The notes beneath the pieces are model-generated. The model made no database searches, had not been told where the DNA came from, and was given only the letters and a program-made list of their open reading frames with translations. DNA of 64,000 nt from Macrostomum hystrix (taxonomy: Eukaryota; Animalia; Platyhelminthes). Each line of letters begins with the position of its first letter. The first letter of the stretch is position 1. Both the position numbers and the translations under genes were made by a program. Of the stretch, positions 40,320 to 52,754 are shown piece by piece. The stretch is from positions 6,510,001 through 6,574,000 of the forward strand of contig CATNEN010000038.1 in assembly GCA_950097015.1 (NCBI GenBank), written 5' to 3'.

Positions 40320-41820
40320 TAAAGTTATCGGAGACGATTGGCACGATCCCGCGAGAACAGACAGCACTCCTTCTTCGCCGGGTTGATGTCGATGCGCAGA
40401 TCTTCCGCCCACTCTTCGACCAATTAAGGCACATTTTGCAGACGCTCAAGCTTAGCGACATCTTGAAGCTCAGCGACATTGCGACCCGTGGATCTGCAGA
40501 TCGCAAGGTCATCGGCGTAGCCGCTGTATTCGACCTGCGGGCTATCCGGCCAGCCCAGTCGTTCACGTATAAAAGTAAAAGGACCGGCGAGCTGACGGCC
40601 CCTTATGGGACTCCTTCAGGCAGACGCTTTCTGATGGTGGTGCTGACCCAGAACACGATTTACCTGCCTTCAAGGAAGCTGGCAAAACACCGGACCATGC
40701 AGGCTGGGACGCCTTCGTCTATCGTTCTGGCGATGAGACGGGTCCTCCAGACGCGGTCGAAGGCGTGGGGCAGTCAATCAGCACGGCGATGGTTTTAAGG
40801 TGCGGCGATTTTTCCAACCGTCAAAGCGAGCTACCCGCTCATCACAGCCACGGCCGCGCTGAAAGCCGGCCTGTCATGGCTGGATGATGCCGTGCTGTTC
40901 AAGCCAGTGTTAAAGGCGATCGTGAATCAGCTGCTCAAGCAGTTTGCCACAGATGGAGGTGAGGCTGACCGGGCGATGGCTACCACATTCTTTGCAATCT
41001 TTTCCGTCCTTGAGCAAAGGAACGATGATGGTTTTTTCCAGGATTGAGGGCAGTGGCCGATGCGCCAGCAACGGTTGAAGACCGAGAGCCAAGCTTGCTA
41101 ACAACGATCAAGTAAGTGGAGGAAGGAGGCTGCTTCGATTTCATTCGGGCCAGATTTTTTGTTGGGATCGAGCTTGCCGATGACTTGGCGGAGTTCTCTT
41201 GGGGTGAAGTCGTGGTGGTACGTAGCGTCAAGGGCTGTGTACTTGGCGAGGCGTTGGGCAGGGGCGACTTTAGTGCACCAGTCGTTCTTGGGGTGCGTCA
41301 GCGTGCTGATCTTGGCGTAGTGGCGGCCGAAGGCGTTGGCTTTGTCAAGGTCGGTCCGCAGCTCACGGCCGTCAACAACAAGAGATTCGTTGGGGTTCGT
41401 CGACTGTTACCCGTTGCTGAGCACTTGAAGGTGCGCCGGACTTGCTAGGGATTGGAGGGTTCTGACATCTGGCTAACGTATTTTTGCCAGAACTCGCGTT
41501 TTTCTTTCGACACAGCGCTGGGAGAGCTGCTGGCTTTTGTCCAGCCATGCCCACGGATGCGCACCGGACTCTCAAAGCCGGTTGCGGGTGTTACGCTCCT
41601 CATGCCAGTATGCTTTGCTCTTGAGAGACACCTTTTTATGCGGAATCGCGGCTTTGGCAGCTCGGAGCATGCCGGGGCAGAGCCGGGTGACTGGTTGCTT
41701 AATAGTTTCGCGGTTCAGCTGTGAGAATTCTTCCTCTAGTTGGGCGCGAACCTCTATTTGGGTCCAGTCCGCTTTTTTCCAGTCCGGACCAACTCCGTAG
41801 AGAGCTCCCCTCCGCAACGA
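40320..41820 (-). mobile_element. Degenerate LINE ORF2 remnant (same element as 10420-11706)
   Basis: WKKADW, IVPLLKDGK..HRPVSLTSICGKLLE, AFDRVW, GVP*GAVSSPVL, GYADDLAI, with stops and frameshifts. Confidence 0.88.
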
Positions 41821-41829
41821 AAACGCAGC

Positions 41830-42230
41830 GCAAAGTACGAGCTGCAGTTGGACCGCAGTCTGAACGTAGAGTCCAGAGGGCGCTGCTGTTGTTGCTGCTG
41901 CTGCTGCGTGGTAATTATGCGCTGAGCATTTTGAGCAGCCAGTGTGCGCAAAGCTGCCAACTGCTGTGGCGTAGGTTGCTGCTGCCGATGAGGTCCGCTT
42001 ACTGACTGCAGCAGCAGCTGTAGTAGGTGAGCCGGTGGAATTAGCGGCTGCGGTAGATGCTGCGGATGCTGTTGCTGCTGCTTGGCAGCGGCCATGGCAG
42101 CGGCCGTAGCAAAGTTTCTGAGCAGTGCGCCCGGATCCGTGGCTGGCAAGCCCCCAGGCATCATACCAGACTCAGCTGCTGCCTGTTGCTGCTGATGCGG
42201 CGGAAGGCGACTCAAATTTGCGACGATTGC
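41830..42230 (-). other. PolyQ/polyA-rich host exon-like fragment between the VWDE-like pseudogene and the LINE
   Basis: Open frame RLPPHQQQQAAAESGMM...QQQQQQQQRPLD; no start or splice context identified. Confidence 0.4.
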
Positions 42231-42239
42231 AGCCGTCGA

Positions 42240-43241
42240 TTACACCTTGATTTGGCTGGTGAGCACGAGCTCGGCACTGCACTCGAAGGTCCTGTTCTCT
42301 CCAACCCGGATGCTTACATCCTGCCAGCGGCATAGATAAATGTCGATTGAAGTGCCACTTCTGAGCGTCAGTTTGTATTCCACTCGGTACAATACTTCAT
42401 TCGCTTGGCTTGCATTGATATGAAAGGCTGCAAATATGTTGCATCGAAAAAATGATCTGTATCGACCATTCGCTTGAACTTCGTAGTCCAAGCGAAGCTG
42501 AGGTGACGCAACATTATTCATCAACTGCGGCAGACACTCTGCTCCAATGCAGGGCTCGAAGCCAGTTCCGTCAACAGAAGTTAGACCAATAGCACAGAGC
42601 TGCTTGTTACCAATGCAGTAGTGAATTTGAGAACTTGGCAGCGGCTGGAGGTAGTACAGGGTGAGCGCCGAAAAGCACTTTAAAATGCGCACTGGATAGC
42701 TGATGTCGTCTGGTAAGTAGCCTCCAGAAAAGCTATAGGCCTGTACCGATAAGCTCGGGCTCCGGACAGCATCCGGTTAGCATTGTCTTCCTGCTGAACG
42801 GACTGGTTGAGAAGGAAGTAAGGCATCTTGCTACCGCACGCCACGTTACCAGTTGGTGTGCCGATGATCAAATCGCCACCCGCGGGAGACATCAGGCGAT
42901 ACCAGCCAGCATGAATGACGGAGAAGTTAACGCAGGGTCGGTCAAGCGACTCACCACAGGTCTCATTGTTGCTCTGCCGATGTACAGCGTGCTCATCGCG
43001 CAGGACTGGCGCTGAGCTCCAATTGGCGCATGGGTCAGACACAGAGAATGCCGTTTCGCACAATCTGCACCGTAATAGTTTGGCGTCCAGATGCATTCGT
43101 ATCGGACGTCATCAAAAGTGATGTAATTTGGGCAAATCAACGATCTGTTTCTCCATTTGTCGAGCTTCTGACGTCGCTCTCACATTGAAACATGTGACGA
43201 AAGAAAAATACGTGAAAAATTGTGATGTCCAGCTCAGTCAT
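42240..43241 (-). pseudogene. EGF-like + D8C (UMOD/GP2/OIT3/VWDE-type) + Ig-like gene, frameshifted and 3'-truncated
   Basis: ECIWTPNYYGADC; DPCANW..LRD; GWYRLMSPAGG..CGSKMP; VRILKC..YYLQPLP..HYC; then TGFEPCIGAECLPQ; frameshifts near 43058 and ~42770. Confidence 0.7.
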
Positions 43242-44264
43242 AAAAGTGGAGAAATTCAAATAAAGTGTATTTTTCTCGTGAGAAGCAAAATCGGTGTGTC
43301 ATAAATCATACATTTTAGGGTTTTTTTAATTACTGACACAGCCGCAAAGCATTTCGCATATTTTATAATTGTTTTGCTACAAAAAAGTTTTACGTTTTGT
43401 TATTTTCTAAGACAGCTTAACTTAAAATAAACATTTTTTGAAAGAATTTAAACCATGTTGCACACTGATGTCGCGTTGCTGCTGCAGTATTGCTGCATAG
43501 AAAATTTTGCTAGCGGACGGCACCTAACGATTATGCCTAACAGTGTTTTATAAGTAAATTGATATTAATTTAATTAGTGCAAAAACTAAATACTGAGGTC
43601 GTTTGTCGACATACAGACAGTAGACCTAGTTGAGCTAGCTAGATTTCAACTCGAATCTAGATTTCATTTGGAGTTAGCAAGCAAGTAGAACAGAAACAAA
43701 TTTTTAGTTTCTGTTATATTATTCTGTTATATTATTAGTATACTGAAAAACAGGCTTATAACTATTAGCCTATCCAGGCTAAGTAGGCCTAGCTAGCTAG
43801 ATAATAAATAGTAGGCCTAATAACTAGCTAGTAACTAGTACAATGTCAGGTGTCCCCAAGACAAAATCGGAGCCTGAGGATGGATTGGAAAGCATATTGA
43901 GAATGGTTGAAATTTGTGGAAAGACTGTGAGCTTCATTATTCCAAGTAAGTAATTTTTGCTATAGGCCTACAACTTACTCAATTGCAACTAGTCAAACTT
44001 TGCCTAGGCCTATATTTAATCTTAGCATTTCAACTAAATAAATGCTTGTACAAATTTTTACACTAGGTTTGATATGCCAATGATAGGGCATATGCCAAGG
44101 CACAAGGCCAACAATATTGATACCAATTGCAATAGGCCTAAAAATATATAGTTTAGTTTGAAATATATATAGGGCCTAGCTAGGCCTAGACCTATTTTAA
44201 TTGACATGCTTTAAAATTTACATGGCCCAAAATGACAATTTTGGGTTATTTGACTGCTTACTTC

Positions 44265-44914
44265 ACTAGGGTAATGTATCATCAACCGAACAGTGTATCT
44301 TCAAAACTGAACAAGAATTTTGACTCCTTCCTTGGTCTTGTGCAAGACAGAAACAAGCTATTGTATTTCACAGAACAACTATTTTGAATGTCAATGAAAT
44401 TATTTACAAGCTAAGGCATGACATGCAATGAAGCATTAAAAGGAAAGAGAGATATGGATGTTTCAGTTGAATTTTTATCACAAAAGCATACTTTTTGACA
44501 GCATTTTTTCAGCATGTACTTTAGACTAAGATTGTATGTGCTTGCTTTCCAATTAAATTACCATAAATGTAGTTATTTATAGAGCATGAAAAATTCTTTC
44601 AAATGACATAATTCATGATAGATCACTCCTTAAAATAAGATTAAACCACTCACTCAAATTTTGAAACTGAACATCAAATTCTCTGTTTGGTTTGAAGATA
44701 CATGAAAATCATTGTTTGGTTTTAGATAAAAAAACATGAATAACTTTTTTCTATTTGACAAAATAGCAAAAGCAGATACTATTTAGAAAGACAAAACAGT
44801 TTTCTATAACTTGGCTTTTGATTTATCATGATATCTTAAATAGAAAATCTGTAGCTTAGGTTTGAAGTTAAAAAAATGCATATTCTTGTTCGGTTGATGA
44901 TACATTACCCTAGT
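44265..44914. mobile_element. MITE with a perfect 28-bp inverted repeat
   Basis: ACTAGGGTAATGTATCATCAACCGAACA at 44265-44292 and its exact reverse complement at 44887-44914; AT-rich noncoding interior. Confidence 0.75.
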
Positions 44915-46764
44915 ATTCATCAGACCTTGCCAATGGCAATGGCAAGTTGCCATAGCTGATTTCACTTGTTTGGAGTAATAAAGTAGCCCATGCAAGGTTG
45001 CCTCTTCACCCGTTGATAAGAAGTCAATAGGCGGACAATGAATCTCTCCATATGCTGTAGGCCTATGCAAATTTTTGGTTAGAGGGAATTGACTAGGGCC
45101 TATCTGTTGCATTGATTGCTAAGAGAAGTGTATCCTAGCTTAATGTTAGCATGCTGAAATCACAGAAAAAATGGACAAACGTAATGATTTTTGACACAAC
45201 AAACATATTTCCCTGTTCATTCTTCTCTACAAACAAAATTGCATTTTTTATCTCAAGGTCTAGACTTTAATATAATATTTCACTGGTGCATGTAGACTGA
45301 TAGAGTTGAAACTAAAGCTGTGTGCTATCCATATTTGCAAATTTGCAGGGTAAAAATCTCAAGTTGATAATTTTAACAATTCAAAAGTTGACTAAATTAT
45401 TGTTACTTTTGAAACACCCATTGTATATACTATATATTTTCTTGTTTTCACAAAGGGGGACTTTTGCTTGTGTCACTAAAATTTTCTATGTCACCAAATT
45501 GACTTTTGGATGTCATCAAAATGTGTCACCCAAACATTTTTAAATGATTGTAAGCCTGTGCAAATTTATGCTGAGAGCCTGGCATACAAAAGCATTATGC
45601 CAGCAGATGCTAGACAAGGCCCCACTAATTCCTTTGTACATTTACATTAACATGTACAACTACATTTTTTTTTTTATCTAGATGTTAAGTTTAGTGCTAG
45701 GTGGCCTATTGTTTTATATTAATAAACTAATGGACCTAAAAACCTGTGTAGACATGTTTTGGTCTCTACTCTCATTTTTTGGCCTCAACAATTATATTTA
45801 TAGCCACTGATCTGAAGCAATGCATTTCAAGCCTCTTTTTTTACCTGAGCCACCAGCTAGTGCTTTACTGCCTCACACACCAATGCTTCACAGACATAGT
45901 CAGCTCTAATGCATCTGAAATTGTCCAGGCCTATCTTCAGTTGCAATAGCCAAGCACTTAACTGACAGAATCACATTTGGTATAAAACAAGGATGTACAT
46001 CTCATTCTTCTGAAGGTTGAATAGCCTATTATTCCATATTGGAGTTTTTGCACAAAGTTTATGGACATGCACCCTGGGTATTGTAAAATGTGTGCTCAAA
46101 AGTGTCATGCAAATTAACAACACATTTAGCCCGTGCATTTCTATACAAAACAACATCAGCATACAGAGCCATGCTGCCCTATCTCACAAAGTACATACTT
46201 TGTTTTTCCAAAGTATGCCAAATGAAGAGTTTGCTGTAAGTTCAGTGTTGGCACTAGTCACTTTGGTCATGACAAGCACATAGCTATGTATTTTATTATA
46301 TAGTTGTATATATTATTTATAAAAATAATTTTATTAATTACACAAATGGCTATGTATAATTTAATGATTGGCAATTTGTAACTTACAAAATTAGTAATAC
46401 CTAATAACACTTGTCTATAAATTATTGTAATTCTAGATTACTCATTTATTTAGCAACAGGTAAAAATAGTTTTTTTCTAAATCTGAAATGAATCTCAAAT
46501 TGGTTAAAAATACTTGTAACTATGGATTTAGAAGATTAGAGAAAGAATTGTACAAAGAGACTTTATTGATTTAGTTTATATGGATAGAAAGTACAATCAG
46601 AACTGTTTAACGTGATAGTCTATATGAAGTACAAAACATCCACGTTGTCTTTCATATTGTCAAAGTTGGCAATATTGTTTGTCAGTTAAAGTTATGTGTC
46701 GCCTGTGCTCTATATGCTGGTGTCTTACCTATTCAGCTGCTCTGATAATTAGAGTATATCCTAA

Positions 46765-49345
46765 ATGGAGAACCATAACTGTATGCATATTTAACAAACT
46801 AAGTTTTAACTTTCCTAAAATTTCATAACATAATTTTAGCTATCTACAAAGTTCATGGCGACTTTCTGTCAGAAGTTTTGTATGCCTGTGGAAATTTTGC
46901 AGCCACCATAAGAAAGTATTATCACTCCGGACTGCTTCTGAGAACCTTAAATGAGAATGTAAGTCAAGTTGACAGTAAATGTCAGGGCCAGACTTCGACA
47001 GAATTAACAAATAGAAGTATTTTTTTTCTTTAGACAGCCGAGTTTCTTAGAAGGTTCATCGAAGTCTTCGAGGTAGTGTTCGAATGCAGCGCCTACAAAT
47101 TTGGATCTAAACGCATCAAATGGAGTACGATTCTGCTGTTGCAGGGTTTGAAGTGAGACTTCAGATGTACTTTTATATTTAACCCATCATATCCCATATC
47201 TTAACCATTTTTAGTTCGCATCAAATCACATTCGTGTCTAGAACATCTTTCTCACGTCTAATTTAACCCTTTTTCAGATCCCATTCGGCCTCCTTCAGAT
47301 CCCATTCAGCCTCCCTCAGATCCCATTCAGCCTCCCTCAGATCCCATTCAGCATCCCTCAGATCCCATACAGCATCCCTCAGATCCCATACAGCATCCCT
47401 CAGATCCCATACAGCATCCCTCAGATCCCATACAGCATCCCTCAGATCCAATTAAGCCTCCCTCAGATCCCATTCAGCCTCCCTCAGATCCCATTCAGCC
47501 TCCCTCAGATCCCATTCAGCATCCCTCAGATCCCATACAGCATCCCTCAGATCCCATACAGCCTCCCTCAGATCCCATTCAGCCTCCCTCAGATCCCATT
47601 CAGCCTCCCTCAGATCCCATTCAGCATCCCTCAGATCCCATACAGCATCCCTCAGATCCCATACAGCCTCCCTCAGATCCCATTCAGCCTCCCTCAGATC
47701 CCATTCAGCCTCCCTCAGATCCCATTCAGCATCCCTCAGATCCCATACAGCATCCCTCAGATCCCATACAGCCTCCCTCAGATCCCATTCAGCCTCCCTC
47801 AGATCCCATTCAGCATCCCTCAGATCCCATACAGCATCCCTCAGATCCAATTAAGCCACTCTCAGATCCCATTCAGCATCCCTCAGATCCAATTAACCCA
47901 CTCTCAGATCCCATTCAGCCTCCCTCAGATCCCATTCAGCATCCCTCAGATCCCATACAGCATCCCTCAGATCCCATACAGCCTCCCTCAGATCCCATTC
48001 AGCCTCCCTCAGATCCCATTCAGCATCCCTCAGATCCCATACAGCATCCCTCAGATCCAATTAAGCCACTCTCAGATCCCATTCAGCATCCCTCAGATCC
48101 AATTAACCCACTCTCAGATCCCATTCAGCATCCCTCAGATCCCATTCAGCATCCCTGAGATCCAATTAAGCCCCAGTCGTCAATGCATTGCAGGCTAGTG
48201 CTTCGTCTCTACCTGATTCGCGCGCGTCAACAAGTCCTAGACGATCGTCGATCGGCCGCATCCGCCGCGTTGTCCTGCCGTTGTCCGAAAACTCCGGCTT
48301 TGACATCGACGTCGACGTGTCAGAATCGGCCTCGCCTAGCCGAGCTGCTGTATTCGGCGCGGCCGCTGTTACACACCAGCCTGTACGTGTGCCACGGCCC
48401 CGCCTCCTGGCTACCCTGGCTGGCCTCCGCCGGAGTGGACCTTCTCTCGCTGGCCTGCCTGCCCAGCCCCGCCTGTCTTAGCCAGCGTCAGCGGGACTGC
48501 CGATCGCGCCGACTGAAATCCCTGGCGCTGTCCTACGCGTTTCGCACGCCGGCTCACGACAAATGCCTGCAGCCCGCTGTGGCCTGGCTGGCCGGCCTGC
48601 CTGTGCCCCTGCTCCGATCGTTTTTCAGTGAGATATTTTGTCACTTTTTCTTAAGCTGTTTCTATAGGCTGATATCTGCGCATTAAACTGAAATGCAGTT
48701 CTGTAGTTTTTTCGATAAGAATTCTTGCTTCATTACAAGGCAGCTCTTAGCTTAGTTTGGGAGTTAAAATCTCAGCTGGAGGTCAGATGGGATCAGCATT
48801 TTCGAAGTTGTTAGCAATCAGGAAAACATATTTTCGGCTTAGAATCTCCTGTTAATTTAGGAAAGTGATACTGGGTTTTCAGGATCGTGGTTCTGGGTTT
48901 TCAGGATCGAGATACCGGGTTTACAGGATCTAGGTGTCCTGGTTTCAGGATCTGGGTCCTGTGGTTTCAGGATCTGGGTCCCGTGATTTCAGGATCGGGA
49001 CCCCACGGTTTCAGGATCGGGACCCCACGGTTTCAGGATCGGGGTCCCATGCTTTCAGAATAAGAATCGTGATCCCTAGTTTTTAGGATCAGATTCCCGA
49101 AAAAAATCTATCTGTGCAAAAGTTTACCCTTTTGTAAAATAGATGCCAGTAATTCGCCATCTGGGGTAGTAATTCAAGTGGCTGTGGCGTTACAAGCTTT
49201 TTTAGAATATATCCAGCATTCAAACTAATTTTGGGCGGTATGTGTCAGCCATACTGTCTCACTAGTATGAAAAATAACCATTTCAGAACTGGTCCTTAGC
49301 TACATGGTGTACTGGCGCCTGCACTACATGAACATGTGGGCTTAG
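46765..49345 (+). CDS. PEX16: Peroxisomal biogenesis factor 16; exons 46765-46780, 46840-46958, 47034-47152, 48194-48627, 49287-49345 (248 aa)
   Basis: LSEVLY; FIEVFEVVFE..KWSTILLLQGLKLVLRL; LAELLYSARPLLH..SWLPWL..VDLLSL; YAFRTPAHD; terminal YWRLHYMNMWA; phases consistent. The first exon is least certain. Confidence 0.85.
47268..48172. repeat. Intronic minisatellite, 21-bp unit CAGATCCCATTCAGCCTCCCT
   Basis: 7-aa periodic ORFs. Confidence 0.95.
48870..49090. repeat. Degenerate intronic ~22-bp repeat with core GGTTTCAGGATC
   Basis: About 9 diverged copies. Confidence 0.8.
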
Positions 49346-49714
49346 ACTGCCAACATTTATCATTCCAAATTCAATCTGAGACTGTTGATTGTTGACAAAA
49401 CTATTAGCATTAATTTTTTAAGCAACGATTTTATATACTTTTTATTTAGTGATTCAGCCAAAATTTTGATTGCAACTACTCGTAAATTTAAATTTATGCC
49501 TTTTAAAAAAACATTTTTTAAATTTTGGCTGTTAAGATTAACGATTAGGCTTCCATTAAAAAATAAATTATGTGAATTGTTGTCATTTTCTAATACTACA
49601 GCCACCTTCGATACTATCTTCAACTAGCACGTCGTATTTAGCCAAAAGAATTATTTATTGTTCTGTTTTTAGCAAAGCAAGGTTTTTTAGTCTTCCTTTA
49701 TCCTTCATTATTCC

Positions 49715-52490
49715 CTTCCTCGACTTCCCTTCATCCTCCCTTCCAATCTTCATCCTGCCTTCCTCAACTTCCCTTCATCCTGCCTTTCCTCAACTTCCCT
49801 ACATCCTGCCTTCCTCAACTTCCCTACATCCTGCCTTCCTCAACTTCCCTAAATCCTGCCTTCCCCAACCTCCCTACATCCTGCCTTCCTCAACTTCCCT
49901 TCATCCTGCCTTCCTCAACCTCCCTACATCCTGCCTTCCTCAACTTCCCTTCATCCTGCCTTCCTCAACTTCCCTTCATCCTGCCTTCCTCAACCTCCCT
50001 ACATCCTGCCTTCCTCAACTTCCCTTCATCCTGCCTTCCTCAACTTCCCTTCATCCTGCCTTCCCCAACCTCCCTACATCCTGCCTTCCTCAACCTCCCT
50101 CACCCTGCCTTCCCCAACCTCCCTACATCCTGCCTTCCTCAACCTCCCTCACCCTGCCTTCCTCAACCTCCCTACATCCTGCATTCCTCAACTTCCCTTC
50201 ATCCTGCCTTCCTCAACTTCCCTTCATCCTGCCTTCCTTAACTTCTCTTCATCCTCCCTTCCCCAGCTTCCCTTCATCCTGCCTTCCTCAACTTCCCTAC
50301 ATCCTGCCTTCCTTAAATTCCCTTCATCCTCCCTTCCAATCTTCATCCTGCCTTCCTCAACTTCCCTTCATCCTGCCTTCCAATCTTCATCCTGCCTTCC
50401 TCAACCTCCCTACATCCTGCCTTCCTCAACTTCCCTACATCCTGCTTCCTTAACTTCCCTTCATCCTGCCTTCCTCAACTTCCCTTCATCCTCCCTTCCT
50501 CAACTTCCCTCACCCTGCCTTCCTCAACCTCCCAACATCCTGCTTCCTTAACTTCCCTTCATCCTGCCTTCCTTAACTTCCCTTCATCCTCCCTTCCCCA
50601 GCTTCCCTTCATCCTGCCTTCCTCAACTTCCCTACATCCTGCCTTCCTCAACTTCCCTTCATCCTGCCTTCCCCAGCTTCCCTTCATCCTGCCTTCCTCA
50701 ACTTCCCTTCATCCTGCCTTCCCCAGCTTCCCTTCATCCTGCCTTCCTCAACTTCCCTACATCCTGCCTTCCTTAACTTCTCTTCATCCTCCCTTCCCCA
50801 GCTTCCCTTCATCCTCCCTTCCCCAGCTTCCCTTCATCCTGTCTTCCTTAAATTCCCTTCATCCTGCCTTCCCCAACCTCCCTACATCCTGCCTTCCTCA
50901 ACTTCCCTTCATCCTGCCTTCCCCAACCTCCCTACATCCTGCCTTCCTCAACTTCCCTTCATCCTGCCTTCCTCAACCTCCCTACATCCTGCCTTCCTCA
51001 ACCTCCCTACATCCTGCCTTCCTCAACTTCCCTTCATCCTGCCTTCCTTAACTTCCCTTCATCCTGCCTTCCTCAACCTCCCTACATCCTCCCTTCCAAT
51101 CTTCATCCTGCCTTCCTCAACTTCCCTTCATCCTGCCTTCCTTAACTTCCCTTCATCCTGCCTTCCTCAACTTCCCTTCATCCTCCCTTCCAATCTTCAT
51201 CCTGCCTTCCTCAACTTCCCTTCATCCTGCCTTCCCCAGCTTCCCTTCATCCTGCCTTCCTCAACTTCCCTTCATCCTGCCTTCCCCAGCTTCCCTTCAT
51301 CCTGCCTTCCTCAACTTCCCTACATCCTGCCTTCCTTAACTTCTCTTCATCCTCCCTTCCCCAGCTTCCCTTCATCCTCCCTTCCCCAGCTTCCCTTCAT
51401 CCTGTCTTCCTTAAATTCCCTTCATCCTGCCTTCCCCAACCTCCCTACATCCTGCCTTCCTCAACTTCCCTTCATCCTGCCTTCCCCAACCTCCCTACAT
51501 CCTGCCTTCCTCAACTTCCCTTCATCCTGCCTTCCTCAACCTCCCTACATCCTGCCTTCCTCAACCTCCCTACATCCTGCCTTCCTCAACTTCCCTTCAT
51601 CCTGCCTTCCTTAACTTCCCTTCATCCTGCCTTCCTCAACCTCCCTACATCCTCCCTTCCAATCTTCATCCTGCCTTCCTCAACTTCCCTTCATCCTGCC
51701 TTCCTTAACTTCCCTTCATCCTGCCTTCCTCAACTTCCCTTCATCCTGCCTTCCAATCTTCATCCTGCCTTCCTCAACTTCCCTTCATCCTGCCTTCCAA
51801 TCTTCATCCTGCCTTCCTCAACCTCCCTACATCCTGCCTTCCTCAACCTCCCTACATCCTGCCTTCCTCAACTTCCCTTCATCCTGCCTTCCTCAACTTC
51901 CCTTCATCCTCCCTTCCTCAACTTCCCTCACCCTGCCTTCCTCAACCTCCCTACATCCTGCATTCCTCAACTTCCCTTCATCCTGCCTTCCTCAACTTCC
52001 CTACATCCTGCCTTCCTCAACTTCCCTTCATCCTGCCTTCCTTAACTTCTCTTCATCCTCCCTTCCCCAGCTTCCCTTCATCCTGCCTTCCTCAACTTCC
52101 CTTCATCCTGCCTTCCTTAAATTCCCTTCATCCTGCCTTCCCCAACCTCCCTACATCCTGCCTTCCTCAACTTCCCTTCATCCTGCCTTCCCCAACCTCC
52201 CTACATCCTGCCTTCCTCAACTTCCCTTCATCCTGCCTTCCTCAACCTCCCTACATCCTGCCTTCCTCAACCTCCCTACATCCTGCCTTCCTCAACTTCC
52301 CTACATCCTGCCTTCCTCAACTTCCCTTCATCCTGCCTTCCTTAACTTCTCTTCATCCTCCCTTCCCCAGCTTCCCTTCATCCTGCCTTCCTCAACTTCC
52401 CTTCATCCTGCCTTCCTTAAATTCCCTTCATCCTGCCTTCCCCAACCTCCCTACATCCTGCCTTCACCAGCTTCCATTCATCCTCCTTTT
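49715..52490. repeat. Pyrimidine-rich minisatellite, 25-bp unit CATCCTGCCTTCCTCAACTTCCCTT
   Basis: Direct tandem copies over ~2.8 kb. Confidence 0.97.
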
Positions 52491-52754
52491 CTTAACTGCC
52501 CTTCACCCCCTTCCTCCAATTCCCTATATGTCATCCCTTCACCTTCCCTTCACACATTTTTGTTTCATTTCTCTTTCCGCACATCCCCTAAATGCCCCTT
52601 CCTTTCTTCTTTACTTTCAATCTATAGTATATAGTAAAAAACAAATGCAGCTACTTTTTATGGCGGGGCACATTAAGCATTGTATTTGTATTATATAGAA
52701 AATCAGCTCTTTAACTCGCAGCAATCCAAGCGACTTCGTCTAAAAGCAGCAAAC

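Larger units (their letters stand above)
35856..40599. repeat. Copy B of the segmental duplication (paralog 3156-11706)
   Basis: Lacks the Gypsy, carries a Crypton, and lacks the equivalent of 10156-11432. Confidence 0.9.

Noticed and set aside
40247-40798. Plus-strand 183-aa ORF that looked like an RPA/MEIOB OB-fold (KVIGV...YKSKRTGE)
   Set aside because: The opposite strand encodes LINE RT motifs (AFDRVW, GVP*GAVSSP, YADD), so this is an antisense shadow
43843-43945. Possible first exon MSGVPKTKSEPEDG... with a GTAAG donor
   Set aside because: No recognisable homology or convincing downstream exon
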